A DNA stretch of 64,000 nt from assembly GCA_964016885.1 (NCBI GenBank), contig OZ024754.1:26908001-26972000 (forward strand), given 5' to 3'. The stretch comes from Eledone cirrhosa. Lineage: Eukaryota. The notes below the pieces were generated by a model. It searched no databases and had not been told where the DNA came from. It saw nothing but the letters and a program-made list of their open reading frames with translations. Each line of letters begins with the position of its first letter. The stretch's first letter is position 1. Below, in pieces: positions 45,019 through 59,763 of this stretch. Position numbers and translations under genes: made by a program.

Positions 45019-45605
45019 CCCCCCTTTGTACTTGTCCCACTTTTGATGCCCTAGTGGCAAATAAAAGAAACATATCTATCTATCTAAATAAAGAAACATA
45101 TCTATCTATCTATTTATCTAGCTAGCTAGCTACTTTTCTGACTATCTACCTATCCATTTACCTCTCTATTTATCAAAACATATCGACTTTACAAGGGTGT
45201 CTGATATCTGAAGGTTACCCTCCGTCGGGTTTTTATTCTGTACCCTCTAAAATGCCGACTACAACGAACCTATGTTGTACTGACAACTTTTACCAGATAG
45301 TCAACATTCTGCACGCTAAACGTGAGTCTGCTTTTCGATTCATAGTTCACAAATTTAGTTTATATAACAAAGAAAAACATTTATAACAACATATTTATAT
45401 CTGTGTGATAATTATGTACACACACAGACACAGACACACACATATATACACACACATATATACACACACATATATATACACATACATATTTATATATATT
45501 TAACGAAGGAGTTGTGGTAAGGAACCAGATGGACCATAACGCACCAGAGTACTCAATACTTAGGGTATTTTCCTATATATATATATACACGTATATGTGA
45601 TAACC

Positions 45606-45703
<98 letters not shown>

Positions 45704-45999
45704 GTGTGTGTGTGTGATAACTATGGACAGACCGTATTAATCATGATTTAGAAACAAGAAAAAAAAATCACCTGAACTACTATACACAGTCGTACATATA
45801 GATTAATATATGAACACATATACACATGCATACTTCCACACTAACATGTCCACGTTGCACAATGCACAATCACCATCATCACGACCATGTATATTTTCAC
45901 TATCAAATATGTTACTACATTTCCTGTAACAAAGCTATGAAAATAATTATTTACCCATGTTGTTTAGCCACATGTCCACTCTGACCGAGCATATATAAG

Positions 46000-46212
46000 G
46001 ATTTCTGATTTAGGCACAAGGCCAACACATTTAGGGGAGGGAAAATCAATAAAATAGACATCAGTGACGTACGGATACTTTATTTTATTGACCCCGTAAA
46101 GATGAAAGGTAAAGCTAACTTCGGCGGGATTTAGAATCAGAAGGTAAAGGGCCGTAACTCTATGCTGCAAAGCATGCTGTCCGACGCTCTAGCGATTCTG
46201 TCAATTCGTCGA
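46000..46212 (-). mobile_element. SINE, older long variant
   Basis: Degenerate match to the family, including the extra segment. Confidence 0.75.
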
Positions 46213-47016
46213 CTGAGCATAAAATCAAATATAATCAAATACGTTCGAACAATGATCATCCGGTCTTTTTTCTATGGAGTCTACGTTTATATCATTCAGG
46301 GTGTACTTTCTTTTTATGATATCGCAGATTACTGTATCAAGGGATTTCAGCTGCTAATGTTAACAGATCAATCCACCACTTACAGTCTCCTTTCTTCGTT
46401 GGCGTCTGAGAACAACTCTATTTTAGACATTGCTAAGGAGCGTAATCTAAACGAGGATATATATAGTGTTGCTATCTTTTTAATATGGCTGCCCACAAAT
46501 ATCACAATGTTGGTAGGCGGGTATCGTCACACACACACACAGACACAGATACACACACAGAGACACACACACAGACACACACACAGACACACAGACACAC
46601 AGACACACACACAGATACACACACACAGGCACACACACAGACACACACGTAGTGTCTGAAACGTGTATTTAGGACTATTTGTAGTTTTCTGCGTAAACAC
46701 TCGTCATTTGTCAGTCTATTATGCCGGTAGACAATAGAGTCTGGTGAAGGGAGGGAAACTGCAAGTAGCCTTCAACGTATCTTTCAAGCAAAGTAAATAC
46801 ACTAATTTATGATACTGAGTCCTGTATTGAGTCCTGTCCTTTTCGTTCGTTACCATCATTACATTATACATATAATATATATATATATATTTAGAAACAC
46901 ACAGATACATGCGGACACACACATATATACATGAATGCATCCGCACCCAACTGTGAGTTAAGGGTGCCAACTTCACCGATGTTGCTCAATGAATGACTGG
47001 GACAAGTCTCTTCATA

Positions 47017-47054
<38 letters not shown>

Positions 47055-47057
<3 letters not shown>

Positions 47058-47590
47058 TAGAAAGGGTATTTAATTTGTTGGAAGTCCGATAAATATAAAT
47101 GTGTATAATTGATTTAGAGCACTCAACAAGTTACTGGAGTAAATTTCAATGATATTAAATAAATGGAAACTATATTTATAAAACCATATTTATTTTATTT
47201 CATAAATTTCTAGGGTGCGAAGACAACATTGGTACGCTTTCATCAGATAAAATACAAAGTTTGTTTTATAAATAGAGACATACCTATGAAAATCATACCT
47301 TATCGGTTGGAAATTCATTGGACTATCCAGTGAATTTCCAACCGATAAGGTATGATTTTCATAGGTATGTCTCTATTTATAAAACAAACTTTGTATTTTA
47401 TCTGATGAAAGCGTACCAATGTTGTCTTCGCACCCTAGAAATTTATGAAATAAAATAAATATGGTTTTATAAATATAGTTTCCATTTATTTAATATCATT
47501 GAAATTTACTCCAGTAACTTGTTGAGTGCTCTAAATCAATTATACACATTTATATTTATCGGACTTCCAACAAATTAAATACCCTTTCTA

Positions 47591-47593
<3 letters not shown>
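47055..47593. repeat. Near-perfect palindrome (268-bp arms, 3-nt loop) between (TA)n tracts
   Basis: Centre at 47324 (tgga-cta-tcca). Each arm holds a CTGATGA..GAAA module with a degenerate cleavage triplet. Confidence 0.95.
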
Positions 47594-47665
<72 letters not shown>

Positions 47666-47882
47666 AAGTACGACCCCGACCGGGTCATACTTTGTGTGTG
47701 TTTGTGGATGCGAATCCGAAATATAGGGACTAATAAATCTTTAGAGTACACAGATTCTGGCATTCTTCTTCTATTTCCTCTTTTCTCCTTTTACGTTAAT
47801 TTACGTTTGTTTTCCTTTTCCTTCTCCTATTGCCAGAAGATTTACCCATTCGCATTGTAGAGGGTTCAAAACTGACTATTTC

Positions 47883-47937
<55 letters not shown>

Positions 47938-48330
47938 TTTAATATATATATATATATATATATATCACACATTTCTTCTTAGCTTCGTACGGACGTATAA
48001 TAACACACACATACACACACATGCAAAAGCACGCGCACAAGTATAGCTCCTTTTACAAAACGTTTTTTTCCCCATTTCAGGTAGACGTGCTCTATCATCC
48101 ACTTTTCTAAAAAAATAAGTCATACACAAAACGCCAGCATCATCAGTTTTCCAAGAGATGTCAACATGAATGGACCTGTTATTTTTATCTAAAGACATTT
48201 TTTCCAATCCCAACCCGCCTCAATCTACCTTATTTTTCATTCTTTCTTCCGATGCGCTAAGACCCTCCTCCTGCTATTTCAAGCGTTAACCTAATATATT
48301 CCTTCCAATGTGTCGTTATTTCTGTTTACC

Positions 48331-48602
<272 letters not shown>

Positions 48603-48792
48603 TTTGATTATTAATGCATGAAACAGCATTTTTTGAGTCTGTAATTGTACTTTAGAAGAGATCTACTGTAAGTGGACAAGTGTTAGAAGACAATTCCTGC
48701 AAACATATGACCAGAGTAGAAACAGAGCGGCAGTCCAACTAGTTTCGTTCCTATTTGAGACGCTCACGATAATACACGTACTCGTCTGTTAC

Positions 48793-48837
<45 letters not shown>

Positions 48838-48983
48838 TATATATATATATTTATATACATATATATACGTATATGTACATATATATATACATATATATAC
48901 ATATATAGAAATACACACACATACACACACACATTTACATATAAATATATGTATATCTATGTATATATAAATATATGTATATG

Positions 48984-49017
<34 letters not shown>

Positions 49018-49081
49018 TATTTATTTATATATTTATATATGTATATATATATAAATATAAAACAAAATATATATATACTTA

Positions 49082-49124
<43 letters not shown>

Positions 49125-49262
49125 CTGTAATGGAGTTGGATGCATTTTATCTGTATAAAGTCCCCTATAGGCTTTTATACAGTTAAATGGTATTTTCCTC
49201 AGTTTTGGCTTTGAATAAATACCACATACCTTAACATACACCACACCGATACACGCAGATGT

Positions 49263-49301
<39 letters not shown>

Positions 49302-49404
49302 TATATAAATAGATACATGTTTGTGTATTTGTGTTTTTACATACTGGTATATACCTATATACACAAATATATGTGTATAAGTTTATATGATATACATATC
49401 TCAA

Positions 49405-49461
<57 letters not shown>

Positions 49462-49499
49462 CCACGAACTGGATCACAATAAGCAATTTCCTGCTTCTT

Positions 49500-49742
<243 letters not shown>

Positions 49743-50486
49743 ACATATATGTATGAATTTTTGTGTAGATGCGTGTCTGTGTGTGAGCGTGAAGTTGTGG
49801 TAAAAGGACATGTTTTCTTGGATACTTGTCAGCCTGCAAGGGCATTTTATCGAGACTTTCTCTTGTCTTTAGTTCATTTAGCACATATTGTCCAGTATTT
49901 TACATTAAACTCAATCAGAAAGCGAGTTAATATCGCTCTCTTCTTCGTTCCTAATCCATTGAAGCATGGTGGGATCTCCAACACTCAACTGGTAGTGACT
50001 CGCACACGTATGAATAATGGAATCAGCACCATGCTTTTGATAACTCTCACCACCTTGTTTGATGGAATACATATCACAACACATGGTGCAATCACCACCC
50101 CCATGCTAGTGATAACTCGCACTAAGGTGTGTAATAGAATCACTACCATGTATAGTGGTATCACCACCACCACCATGCTTCAATAATTCTTACCGCTTCC
50201 AGGTGAGATCAGCTTCTCAAATGAAAATAAAATAATATTTAAAAGGATGCTCTCAACAGATTGTGCGAGTAAAAAGACAATGAATTTAGATGACATTAAA
50301 TCTTACTTAAAAAAAAATAGGTAAGATGTAACGTTGATTACGCCTGGGAGGTATTTACCTTCGTCACAAATATGTATATATATATGCATATATAAATATG
50401 TATATATATGCACAACATACACACACATATATATATGTATGTGTATATATATATATTGTATGTATATGCATATATATGTATACACA

Positions 50487-50523
<37 letters not shown>

Positions 50524-50625
50524 GTGCGTGTATTGTTATTGAAATTACATCTGCACAAAATCTGTTTTTTGCTTCCGCTGTCATTAAAGATAACATGCAT
50601 ACACTATTGCATATATATACATGTA

Positions 50626-50703
<78 letters not shown>

Positions 50704-51069
50704 TACATATATACATATATATATATTTATATTTATATATATATTTATATTTATATATATACATACATAAATATATATATATACATATATATACAGACAC
50801 ACATATATATATGCTTCTAAGTATAAACGCGTAGTCAATACTCAATATGTGCATATAGGCACACATTCATATATATATACATACATACATGTATATATAT
50901 ATATGTATATATATACATGTGTATGTGTGTCTATGCATATCATGCTTAAATATGCGTGTATGCATGCACATATTGTATTTTGTTTTCTTAGTAGTATTTA
51001 TTGTTCAGATCTTCCACATAGCTTCTTTGCAACAATCTCCTCTGAAGAAACTCCCTCCAGTCATTAGAA

Positions 51070-51176
51070 TCACAATGACTCTATGTTGCTCTGTTCTGTT
51101 TTCGGCGATGACGCGCTGCCTGTTCTCTGCACTGTCGAATTCGCTGTATTCATCCTTATGTGCTCAGTAAATGTAC
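51070..51176 (-). CDS. mGluR: Probable terminal coding exon of the mGluR
   Basis: Acceptor ttcttcgtttgcag|GT. The phase-1 join gives ..NH-GTFTEHIRMNTANSTVQRTGSASSPKTEQSNIESL* with TGA at 51070-51072. It is an island of unique sequence among repeats. Confidence 0.7.
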
Positions 51177-51363
51177 CTGCAAACGAAGAAACACATTGCC
51201 AATATATTTAAAATATTTTGTTTATTAAACATATATAAAATCAGTATACAAAATCAACAAAAACAAAATTTTTTCATACATGAAATATACGGAAATGTTA
51301 ATAAATTTGACGGACATGTGTAACACACGCATACCCCCACTCATATATATATATATATATATA

Positions 51364-52031
51364 AAGGTAACTATAGTAGGTAAAGTCAATTTTTTAAAAT
51401 TTATTTTGAAACTTTTTCATTATTTGCTAAACCTTGTTTATATTTGTTCTGGCTCGTTAATTTATTAACCCGCCATTGAACCACACTGGCATTTGGTTGG
51501 ACAATACATGCGTACCTTAGCGCCTTGTGCGTGAAGGAACACATATCCTATTACTACTACCTCCTCTAATGTTGAGAACAAATTTGGTCGCTCTGACTGC
51601 TGCTAGCGATAGCTGTGGCTGGTTTGACCTACCTCCTTCTGCCTCGATCTTTACTTCGGCCCTTGATAAACCTGTTTCTACATCATCCACTCTCATCCCG
51701 GGAACAGTTTTGATAGCGCTAGTCTGTAATTTAAATTCAGGAATTTTATATTCTTTGAATGAAAAGAACCTTCTGACGAGAATCTTTCTTTGCAACGAAG
51801 GCCGTATGGTCTCCGTTTTATTTTTGTGATTCGAAACCGATCGGTAAAGGTAACTATAGTAGGTAAAGTCAATTTTTTAAAATTTATTTTGAAACTTTTT
51901 CATTATTTGCTAAACCTTGTTTATATTTGTTCTGGCTCGTTAATTTATTAACCCGCCATTGAACCACACTGGCATTTGGTTGGACAATACATGCGTACCT
52001 TAGCGCCTTGTGCGTGAAGGAACACATATCC

Positions 52032-52036
<5 letters not shown>
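51364..52036 (+). mobile_element. Retrozyme-like non-autonomous element: 483-nt unit plus 190-nt terminal direct repeat
   Basis: Direct repeats 51364-51553 and 51847-52036; hammerhead 51768-51851; flanked by (TA)n. Confidence 0.75.
51768..51851 (+). ncRNA. Type I hammerhead ribozyme
   Basis: ACCTT CTGACGA GAATC..GATTC GAAA CCGATCGG TA|AAGGT. Confidence 0.88.
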
Positions 52037-52090
<54 letters not shown>

Positions 52091-52190
52091 CATGTATATA
52101 TATATGCATACATATATACATATATATATAATATATGCATACGTATATATATATATATATATATATATATGCATACGTATATATATATAT

Positions 52191-52222
<32 letters not shown>

Positions 52223-52309
52223 GCATACACACACATATATATATATATATATATAGTTTTAATATAGATGAGATTCTACAGGACTAAAACTGTTCAATCC
52301 GGAATAACT

Positions 52310-52341
<32 letters not shown>

Positions 52342-52671
52342 GTAGGAGGTGAGTTTTATTGTAGTACAATAAAACAATGCAGATATCGGATAAGAAGCAC
52401 TCTACAGTTTGTAGGACTGGAGTATACATAATATAAGATCAAAAGATGGTTAAAGGAGTTCCATGTATTTTATTATGAGCATTTCAAAAACAAACATCAT
52501 CATGCAATAATATTTGTGTTTTCATCAGATAAAACAGGAGAACATGATATGATGGCTAAAAAACACTTGTGGATAGTGCAGTTTTAAATCAACATATGAT
52601 TGACATAGGATATGTTGATTTAAAACTGCACTATCCACAAGTGTTTTTTAGCCTTCATATCATGTTCTCCT

Positions 52672-52740
52672 GTTTTATCTGATGATAACACAAATATTAT
52701 TGCATGATGATGTTTGTTTTTGAAATGCGCATAATAAAAT
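52672..52740 (+). ncRNA. Type I hammerhead (mirror copy on minus at 52467-52535)
   Basis: GTTTTAT CTGATGA ..long stem II.. GAAA TGCGCA TA|ATAAAAT. Confidence 0.78.
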
Positions 52741-52771
52741 ACATGGAACTCCTTTAACCATCTTTTGATCT

Positions 52772-52890
<119 letters not shown>

Positions 52891-53239
52891 ACGAAGGAAA
52901 TGTGGTAAGGAACCAGGTGGACCATAACGCACCAAAGTACTCAATACTTAGGGTAGTAGAGTGGGAAATATTTATATATATATATGCATATATATATATA
53001 CAAAGATTATATTTAATTTGTTGGAATTCAACAACCTTATATATATATAGGAAAAAGTATGACCCCGACGGCAGAGCTCAAGCCGTTTCGACGGCTATTT
53101 CTGGACTAGAAATAGCCGTCGAAACGTCTTGAGCTCTGCCGTCGGGGTCAAACTTTTTCCCATTACCCACTCTACTACCCTAAGTATTGAGAACTCTGGT
53201 GCGTTATGGTTAATCTGGTTCCTTACCACACCTCCTTCG

Positions 53240-53291
<52 letters not shown>

Positions 53292-54784
53292 CTGAGTTTA
53301 TGTCTGTAGTCTTGTGGTTCGATAGGAAGACTGGGATAAAATAGGTACTGAACTCAAAGTGGTGCCTAGCTCTCTAATGATTGAAACAAGTTACAGCGTA
53401 AAATAATATAATCAGTTTGGAATCTCTTGGAATCCACGGCTTCATGTTTGGGATTTGAGAATTCGTCTGCAGTCTTCAAATGAATTGACCGTTAGAGATA
53501 ATATTATTCTCAATATACTTTCCTCGTTTTAAAATTATGATATTAGAAGGAAATATTTTAATTAAAATGTAATCTCAAGGATTTAGATTTTTTGATTGCT
53601 TCAGATAAATCATTGCTACTTTCTTCCGGTAGAGTTGTTATTATTTCGTATCTCAACTTTGAATTCTGATCATCGAACGCTCAATGTCGTACTTTGAGCT
53701 TTGAGCGCTAAGATCTGAACATCGAACGCGGAATTAGTGCTGACTTTTGAACGCTGGAATCTAAACTTTGAATGCTGATCTGGTAACAGCTACATATCAC
53801 CTAACAATAGTTTAAGGGTTTATTAAAGGCAAGGCAATGCAATTAACTTTGTGATGAACTATATAGGGACAAACTGATGATGTAACCTCTATCGGTTTTA
53901 CTTTCAACCTGTTCACTGGCACTGTTCTAATGAAAAAGTGTTAGTGACCAGGTCACAAAAATTATGACGAGAATTTTGAAGTAAAGAAATGAATGATACA
54001 TTTAAAGTGAATAGAAGTCGCGCAGTATTATAGCAATCCAAAACGACATGCTTGTGAACCATGCCTTAACGTAGCCCTATCCACTTAGCTGTACTTGTGT
54101 TGTATATAGAAATTACAAAGAATAATTAAGAAATGTTTCATTTTTATACACTGTAGACTATGAACCCGATATTTGATAAACTAGATGCGATCGCGCAACA
54201 GATTCACGCAGGATTCTACTGTAAACTCTATCAGGGAAAGGGGCCAATTGTCAGATCAAATCAAAGAAATAATGTTTACATTGCTGATACTATCCGTTCG
54301 CCGCAATACCCGATAGAAGGAGACGTCATGCAAAGTTATAACGCAGAGACAGATTAAATAACACAAACTCTTTAACAATTCAACCAATCTATCGTCCTTG
54401 AGCCGCTTCTATATTTATCAACCCTGGAAGAATGAAAGCCAAAGTTGACATTAATGGGATTTGAACTCAGCAGAGAAGCCGAACAAATACTGAGGCACGT
54501 AATCTAATGGTCTAACAAATCTGTCAAGCTATATCAACAAAGGTAAATTTAGCTAGGTATATATGAGTGGAGAAGCCGATATATTTTATCACTTATCCAT
54601 AGCAAGTTTTCTAAACAAACATAAGTTTTCAATATTTAATTAGTTTATCTTTAAGTAGAGAAGATATTTTGAATACAATTCAATATGGTCACATATAAAA
54701 ACAATTTGTTCTACTGTACGATTAAAATAATAAAAGGAGTCGTTTTAACTAATTGAATCTACTTTAGATAATTATATCTAATCT

Positions 54785-55208
54785 AGTCACAAGGCCTGAC
54801 ATTTGTGGGGAGGAGAAAATCGATTATATCGTCCCAACCATTTGACTGGTATTATATTTTATCGAAGGGCGGTGGATTGGCAGAATCGGTAGAGCGTTGG
54901 GTAACATGGTTAGCGGCATAGAGACATGGCCCTTTACGTTCTGAATTCAAATCCCATCGAGGTTAGCTTTGCCTTTCATCCTTACAGGGTCGATAAAATA
55001 AAGTACCAGTAATGCAATGGGGTCGATTTAATCGACTTAGTCTTTTTCCCAAAATTGTTGGCTTTGTGCCTAAATCAGAAACCATTATATTTTATCGATG
55101 AACAGTAAAGTAGATCTCAGTGGGACTTGAAATCAGAACGTGAAGAAAAGAACAAATACCACAAAGCATTCTATCCGACGCTCTAAAGCTTCTACCAATA
55201 CACCGCCC
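54785..55208. mobile_element. Nested SINEs: a plus-strand copy (about 54867-55085) inside an older minus-strand copy
   Basis: attatattttatcga is duplicated either side of the inner copy, and the outer halves join into one SINE. Confidence 0.75.
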
Positions 55209-55324
55209 TTAAATCTCTACTTAAGATAATAACGGCATAATGTGATCGTGCTTCTTTATTGTTTCAATGAAATAGAATGATTTGAAGTTGCAAAGAGTTG
55301 CTGAAGAAGATACCCCCCCTCCAC

Positions 55325-55357
<33 letters not shown>

Positions 55358-55442
55358 GGGAAGTAAGGTTCTATACAAAACAGTGGATATAGAGAAAAGG
55401 TGAAGTTGGAGATAGCACGGAAAATATATTTTAGGGTCTGTT

Positions 55443-55702
55443 TTGCTTTCAAAAGTGACACAGAGGAGACTGAGGTTAGCTGGACATGCTCACCGACATC
55501 CAGAGTTGACACTGTACTCAATGCTTCTGCATGGACACACTGGAAGAGGAAGACCAAGGTTAACGTATGTTGATGCCCTAAGGACAGACACTGGTCTGTT
55601 GGAGACGCAGGACATGGCAGCGATAATGAGGGACAGAGACCGCTGGAGAGAACTCGTCCATGGATCTCGGGAATTTTACCCGCCCTAGATAGATAGATAG
55701 AT
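55443..55702 (+). mobile_element. RTE-like LINE 3' fragment with (TAGA)n tail
   Basis: RRLRLAGHAHRH..GRGRPRLTYVD..RDRWRELV, then tagatagatagata. Confidence 0.8.
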
Positions 55703-55728
55703 ATATGCGTGTAAATATATATTATAAA

Positions 55729-56583
55729 TAAGTGTTTCTACTTTAGGCACAAGGCCAGCAATTACCCAGTACATTACTGGTACTCTATTTTATCGACTCC
55801 GTATGGATGAAAGGCAAAGTGAACCTCGGCGGGATTTGAACTCAGACCGTAAAGGGACGCAACTATGCTGGAAAGCATGGCGTCCGACTCTCTACCGATA
55901 CTGCCAATCCACCGAACGATGGTCACAATCCTGTCGGGAGCAAACATCCCTTTCATTCAATAAACCTTTGTTCTATTCTCTCTATCTCGCTTGGACTTAC
56001 GTCCTACCATTTTGGATTAACTTTTTTCTTTCCTCCTTTCCCCCTCTTTCCTTCTTTCCCTTTTTCTCTCTCTCTCCCACTCACTTATCTCTCCCACCAT
56101 CTATCTTCTTTATCTCCCTCTCTCTGCTCCCTTGCCACTTTCACCCTCTCTTACTTCCGTTTTCCTTCGTCACTCTCTCTTTACGCCTGTTCTTACTAAG
56201 ATCAGACGTGTTTCTCTTCGCTCTTTCTCATGCTGTTAATAAGGTCTCAGGGTTTACACCTGGTCTCCTTTTTAACTTCTTACCCTCTCCCATCGGTTAC
56301 TGCAAATTACATGTCGCGAGTTTTCCCCTCTCTGTCGGTACGTTTTTCCGTTTATTTTCTTTTTCTGTCGTTCCCTTCGCTATCGTCTCTGTTTTTTTGT
56401 TGTTGATTCCTTCCCTAATAACTGTTTCTACTTTAGGCACAAGGCCAGCAATTAATCAGTGCATTACTGGTACTTTATTTTATCGACCCCGTAAGGATGA
56501 AAGGCAAAGTCAACCTCGGCGGGATTTGAACTCAGATCGTAAAGCATGGCGTCCGACCCTCTACCGATACTGCCAATCCACCC
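55729..56583 (-). mobile_element. Two SINE copies (55729-55914, 56418-56583) around a pyrimidine-rich tract
   Basis: Both match the family consensus; the second has TSD ccctaataact. Confidence 0.85.
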
Positions 56584-56757
56584 TAATAACTACCTCTAGT
56601 TATTAACGCCCTGTGGATAGATGTATTGTCTTTAACGCGTCGAAACTTCAGCAATCTACAGCAGACAAATGAAGAGGGGAATTGTCTTACATTTGTGTTT
56701 CTCTTACATTTCTAAACAATATTTATTAGTAACCAAACATCACCTTGTCCCTTTTAA

Positions 56758-56834
<77 letters not shown>

Positions 56835-57321
56835 GCAACAAGATGGTGTAGGACAGAAAGAAGGAGAAACACGAAATAAAAAAAAAAAGTCTCCTTTTTA
56901 ACTTCTTCCCCTCTCCCATCGGTTACTGCCAATTACATGTACTACTAAGAAGGTCACATAATGTGTGACGAAAGAGCTTTGACAATATATGAACAACTAT
57001 CCGGTTATCGAACCAACCAACCGGAAATTTATTATAAATTGAATTGAATACCAACAGGTGCGTGTGTTTTTTATTGGCAGTATAACCCTCCTAAAGTATA
57101 ACAATATCTCTTTCAACACACGTTCTCAGATAGTAAATATTTCAAAACAAATTAAAAAACAAAGTATATATACATACTTACACGCACACACACACATAAC
57201 ACACACACATACATACACACACATATATATATATACATACATATACTACATATATATATACATATACATACATATATGTATATATACATATACATACATA
57301 ATACATACATACACACACACA

Positions 57322-57441
<120 letters not shown>

Positions 57442-58156
57442 ATAACAAAAAGTAACAATTGCTAATAATAATAGTAATAATAACGATAACAATAATGATG
57501 ATAATGACAATGATAAGGATAATGATAATTGAAATCAACCTAAAAATGAGAAATGCTCATTAACATTTCGTCTGTTTCTTTTAAGTTAATTAGAAAGCTG
57601 CAAAGATGACTAGGATAAAACGGAGATAACTATTCAATTTAAAATCATAGTAGGAAAAAAATAGTAGCTGCTAAAAAATGCTCGTTTCCATAATTCGCTA
57701 CAGAGAGGTTTTCGATAGATAAGAATAACATTTTCCTGTTGAACACTTTCTTTAATTTGAAAAAATAATAATGAAATGAAAAATAAACAAAGACGTAAAA
57801 ATTATAGAATATAATATATAGATACAATATATAAATATAATATAAAGTTGTTATATATAAATATAATAAATAATTATAATATATAGATATAATATATAAT
57901 TAAAATATATAGATATAATATATAATTTAAATATATAGATATGATATATAAATATATTTGTATATGATATATATATATAATAAATAAATATAATATTCAA
58001 ATATATATATATATATAATATAAGCAAAGAGATATTTAATTTGTTGGTTATTGAACAAATTTATTTATAACAGATTCGAAGCACTCTACAGTGTTCTTCT
58101 GGAGCATACTATCAATGATATTAATAAATGGAAACTATCTTTATAAAACCATATTT

Positions 58157-58215
58157 ATTTTATTATATATATTTCAAGGGTACCAAAATGTTAGTACGCC
58201 CTCATCAGATGAAAT
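58157..58215 (-). ncRNA. Type I hammerhead
   Basis: ATTTCAT CTGATGA GGGCGTACTAA-CATT-TTGGTACCCTT GAAA TATATA TA|ATAAAAT. Confidence 0.75.
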
Positions 58216-59146
58216 ACAAAAGTTTTTTTTATAAATATTGACATATCCAAAAAAAAAACAAAAAAAAAAAAAAACAAGAACTTATCCTTTTAAGTTCAGT
58301 TTGGATAGTGAAAGAAATTTCAAATCTTAGGATGAATATGTTAATTAGGCTAAACGTACAGTTGAAAAAGATCGTTATATTTAGACGCTAGGTAAATTTA
58401 AATATTTAAGGGAAGAAGAGAAAAAGGTTAATATTAATATTAGGGTGTAAGAAAATTTAAGGAATGAGTATAAGAAACAATTATATTATAGTTAGAAATA
58501 CACTATTATTATTATGATATAATTGTATGGATCAAATCAGAGAGTGATACAATTATATTTATTTATTTAACTATAATTATACACCCCGGTAGTATCCATA
58601 AAATAATCTGAGAACCATAAATGTGTTGAAGTGGTGGAACACCAATTTAAACATTTTTAAATCGTGAGTTATAATATTATATAGATAATATTTATAAGTA
58701 TATTTTATGAAGAATTAAGGTTGTAAGTATATTTTACTTTATTATATTACAACAGGTTATTTATATAAATAATTTTGGTGAGTATATATGATTTTTCAGT
58801 AGATAGATAATTTAAATATTTTTATGTATGTTAGTATTATAGAGAAAATTTAATATTTATGTAAAGTTTAGTTGTTAGTTAGAAGAAATATTTAATATTT
58901 ATCCCAGTGCATTACTGGTTACTTTATTTTATCGACCCCGTAAGGATGAAAGGTAAAGTTAATCTCGATGGGATTTGAACTTATATATATATAATATATA
59001 TATATCTACTTTAGGCACAAGGCCAGCAATTCACCAGTGCATTACTGGTACTTTATTTTATCGACCCCGTATAATATAATGTACAGGTTTAATATTTCAA
59101 ACCGAGTCTATCCTTCATCTATTGCCTCCCCTTTATGTTCCCCCCA

Positions 59147-59244
<98 letters not shown>

Positions 59245-59249
59245 GCGAA

Positions 59250-59362
59250 ACCCACTGATGAAGCTACATGCACCGATTGTGCATTGTTGCATAATAAATG
59301 CAGACAGTGGATGCTGTGCATTCTTTTGCTGCATTAAGTGTGGCCGAAACTCGAGTACGGGT
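59250..59362 (+). ncRNA. Type I hammerhead with expanded, branched stem II
   Basis: ACCCA CTGATGA AGCTACA..TGTGGCC GAAA CTCGAG TA|CGGGT. Confidence 0.7.
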
Positions 59363-59450
59363 ATAGATTGAAGGTACCCATTTACGTGTGTTGTATTGAA
59401 GCGAATAACTATGTGTCTACTCTGCGATTTTACATAACATTACCATTCTT

Positions 59451-59486
59451 TCTTCTGATGAAGGTCTAGCGTCCGAAACGTTAAGA
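59451..59486 (+). ncRNA. Minimal hammerhead
   Basis: TCTT CTGATGA AGGTCTAGCGTCC GAAA CG TT|AAGA. Confidence 0.7.
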
Positions 59487-59570
59487 CCCTCTTCCTGCTA
59501 TTTCAAGCGTTAACCTAATATATTCCTTCCATATAGTGTACCGATTGTGTTGTTATTTCTGTTTACCTTT

Positions 59571-59601
<31 letters not shown>

Positions 59602-59672
59602 GATGCTCACTACATCACATGCTTTCACAAGGGAATCAGAAATAATAAAAATACTATTATATGAGATAAATG

Positions 59673-59758
<86 letters not shown>

Positions 59759-59763
59759 CATAC

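Noticed and set aside
51517-51829. 92-aa and 100-aa ORFs inside the 483-nt unit
   Set aside because: Non-ATG starts, no recognisable domain, and they overlap the ribozyme.
55803-56606. 267-aa hydrophobic ORF
   Set aside because: Read-through of two antisense SINEs and a pyrimidine tract.
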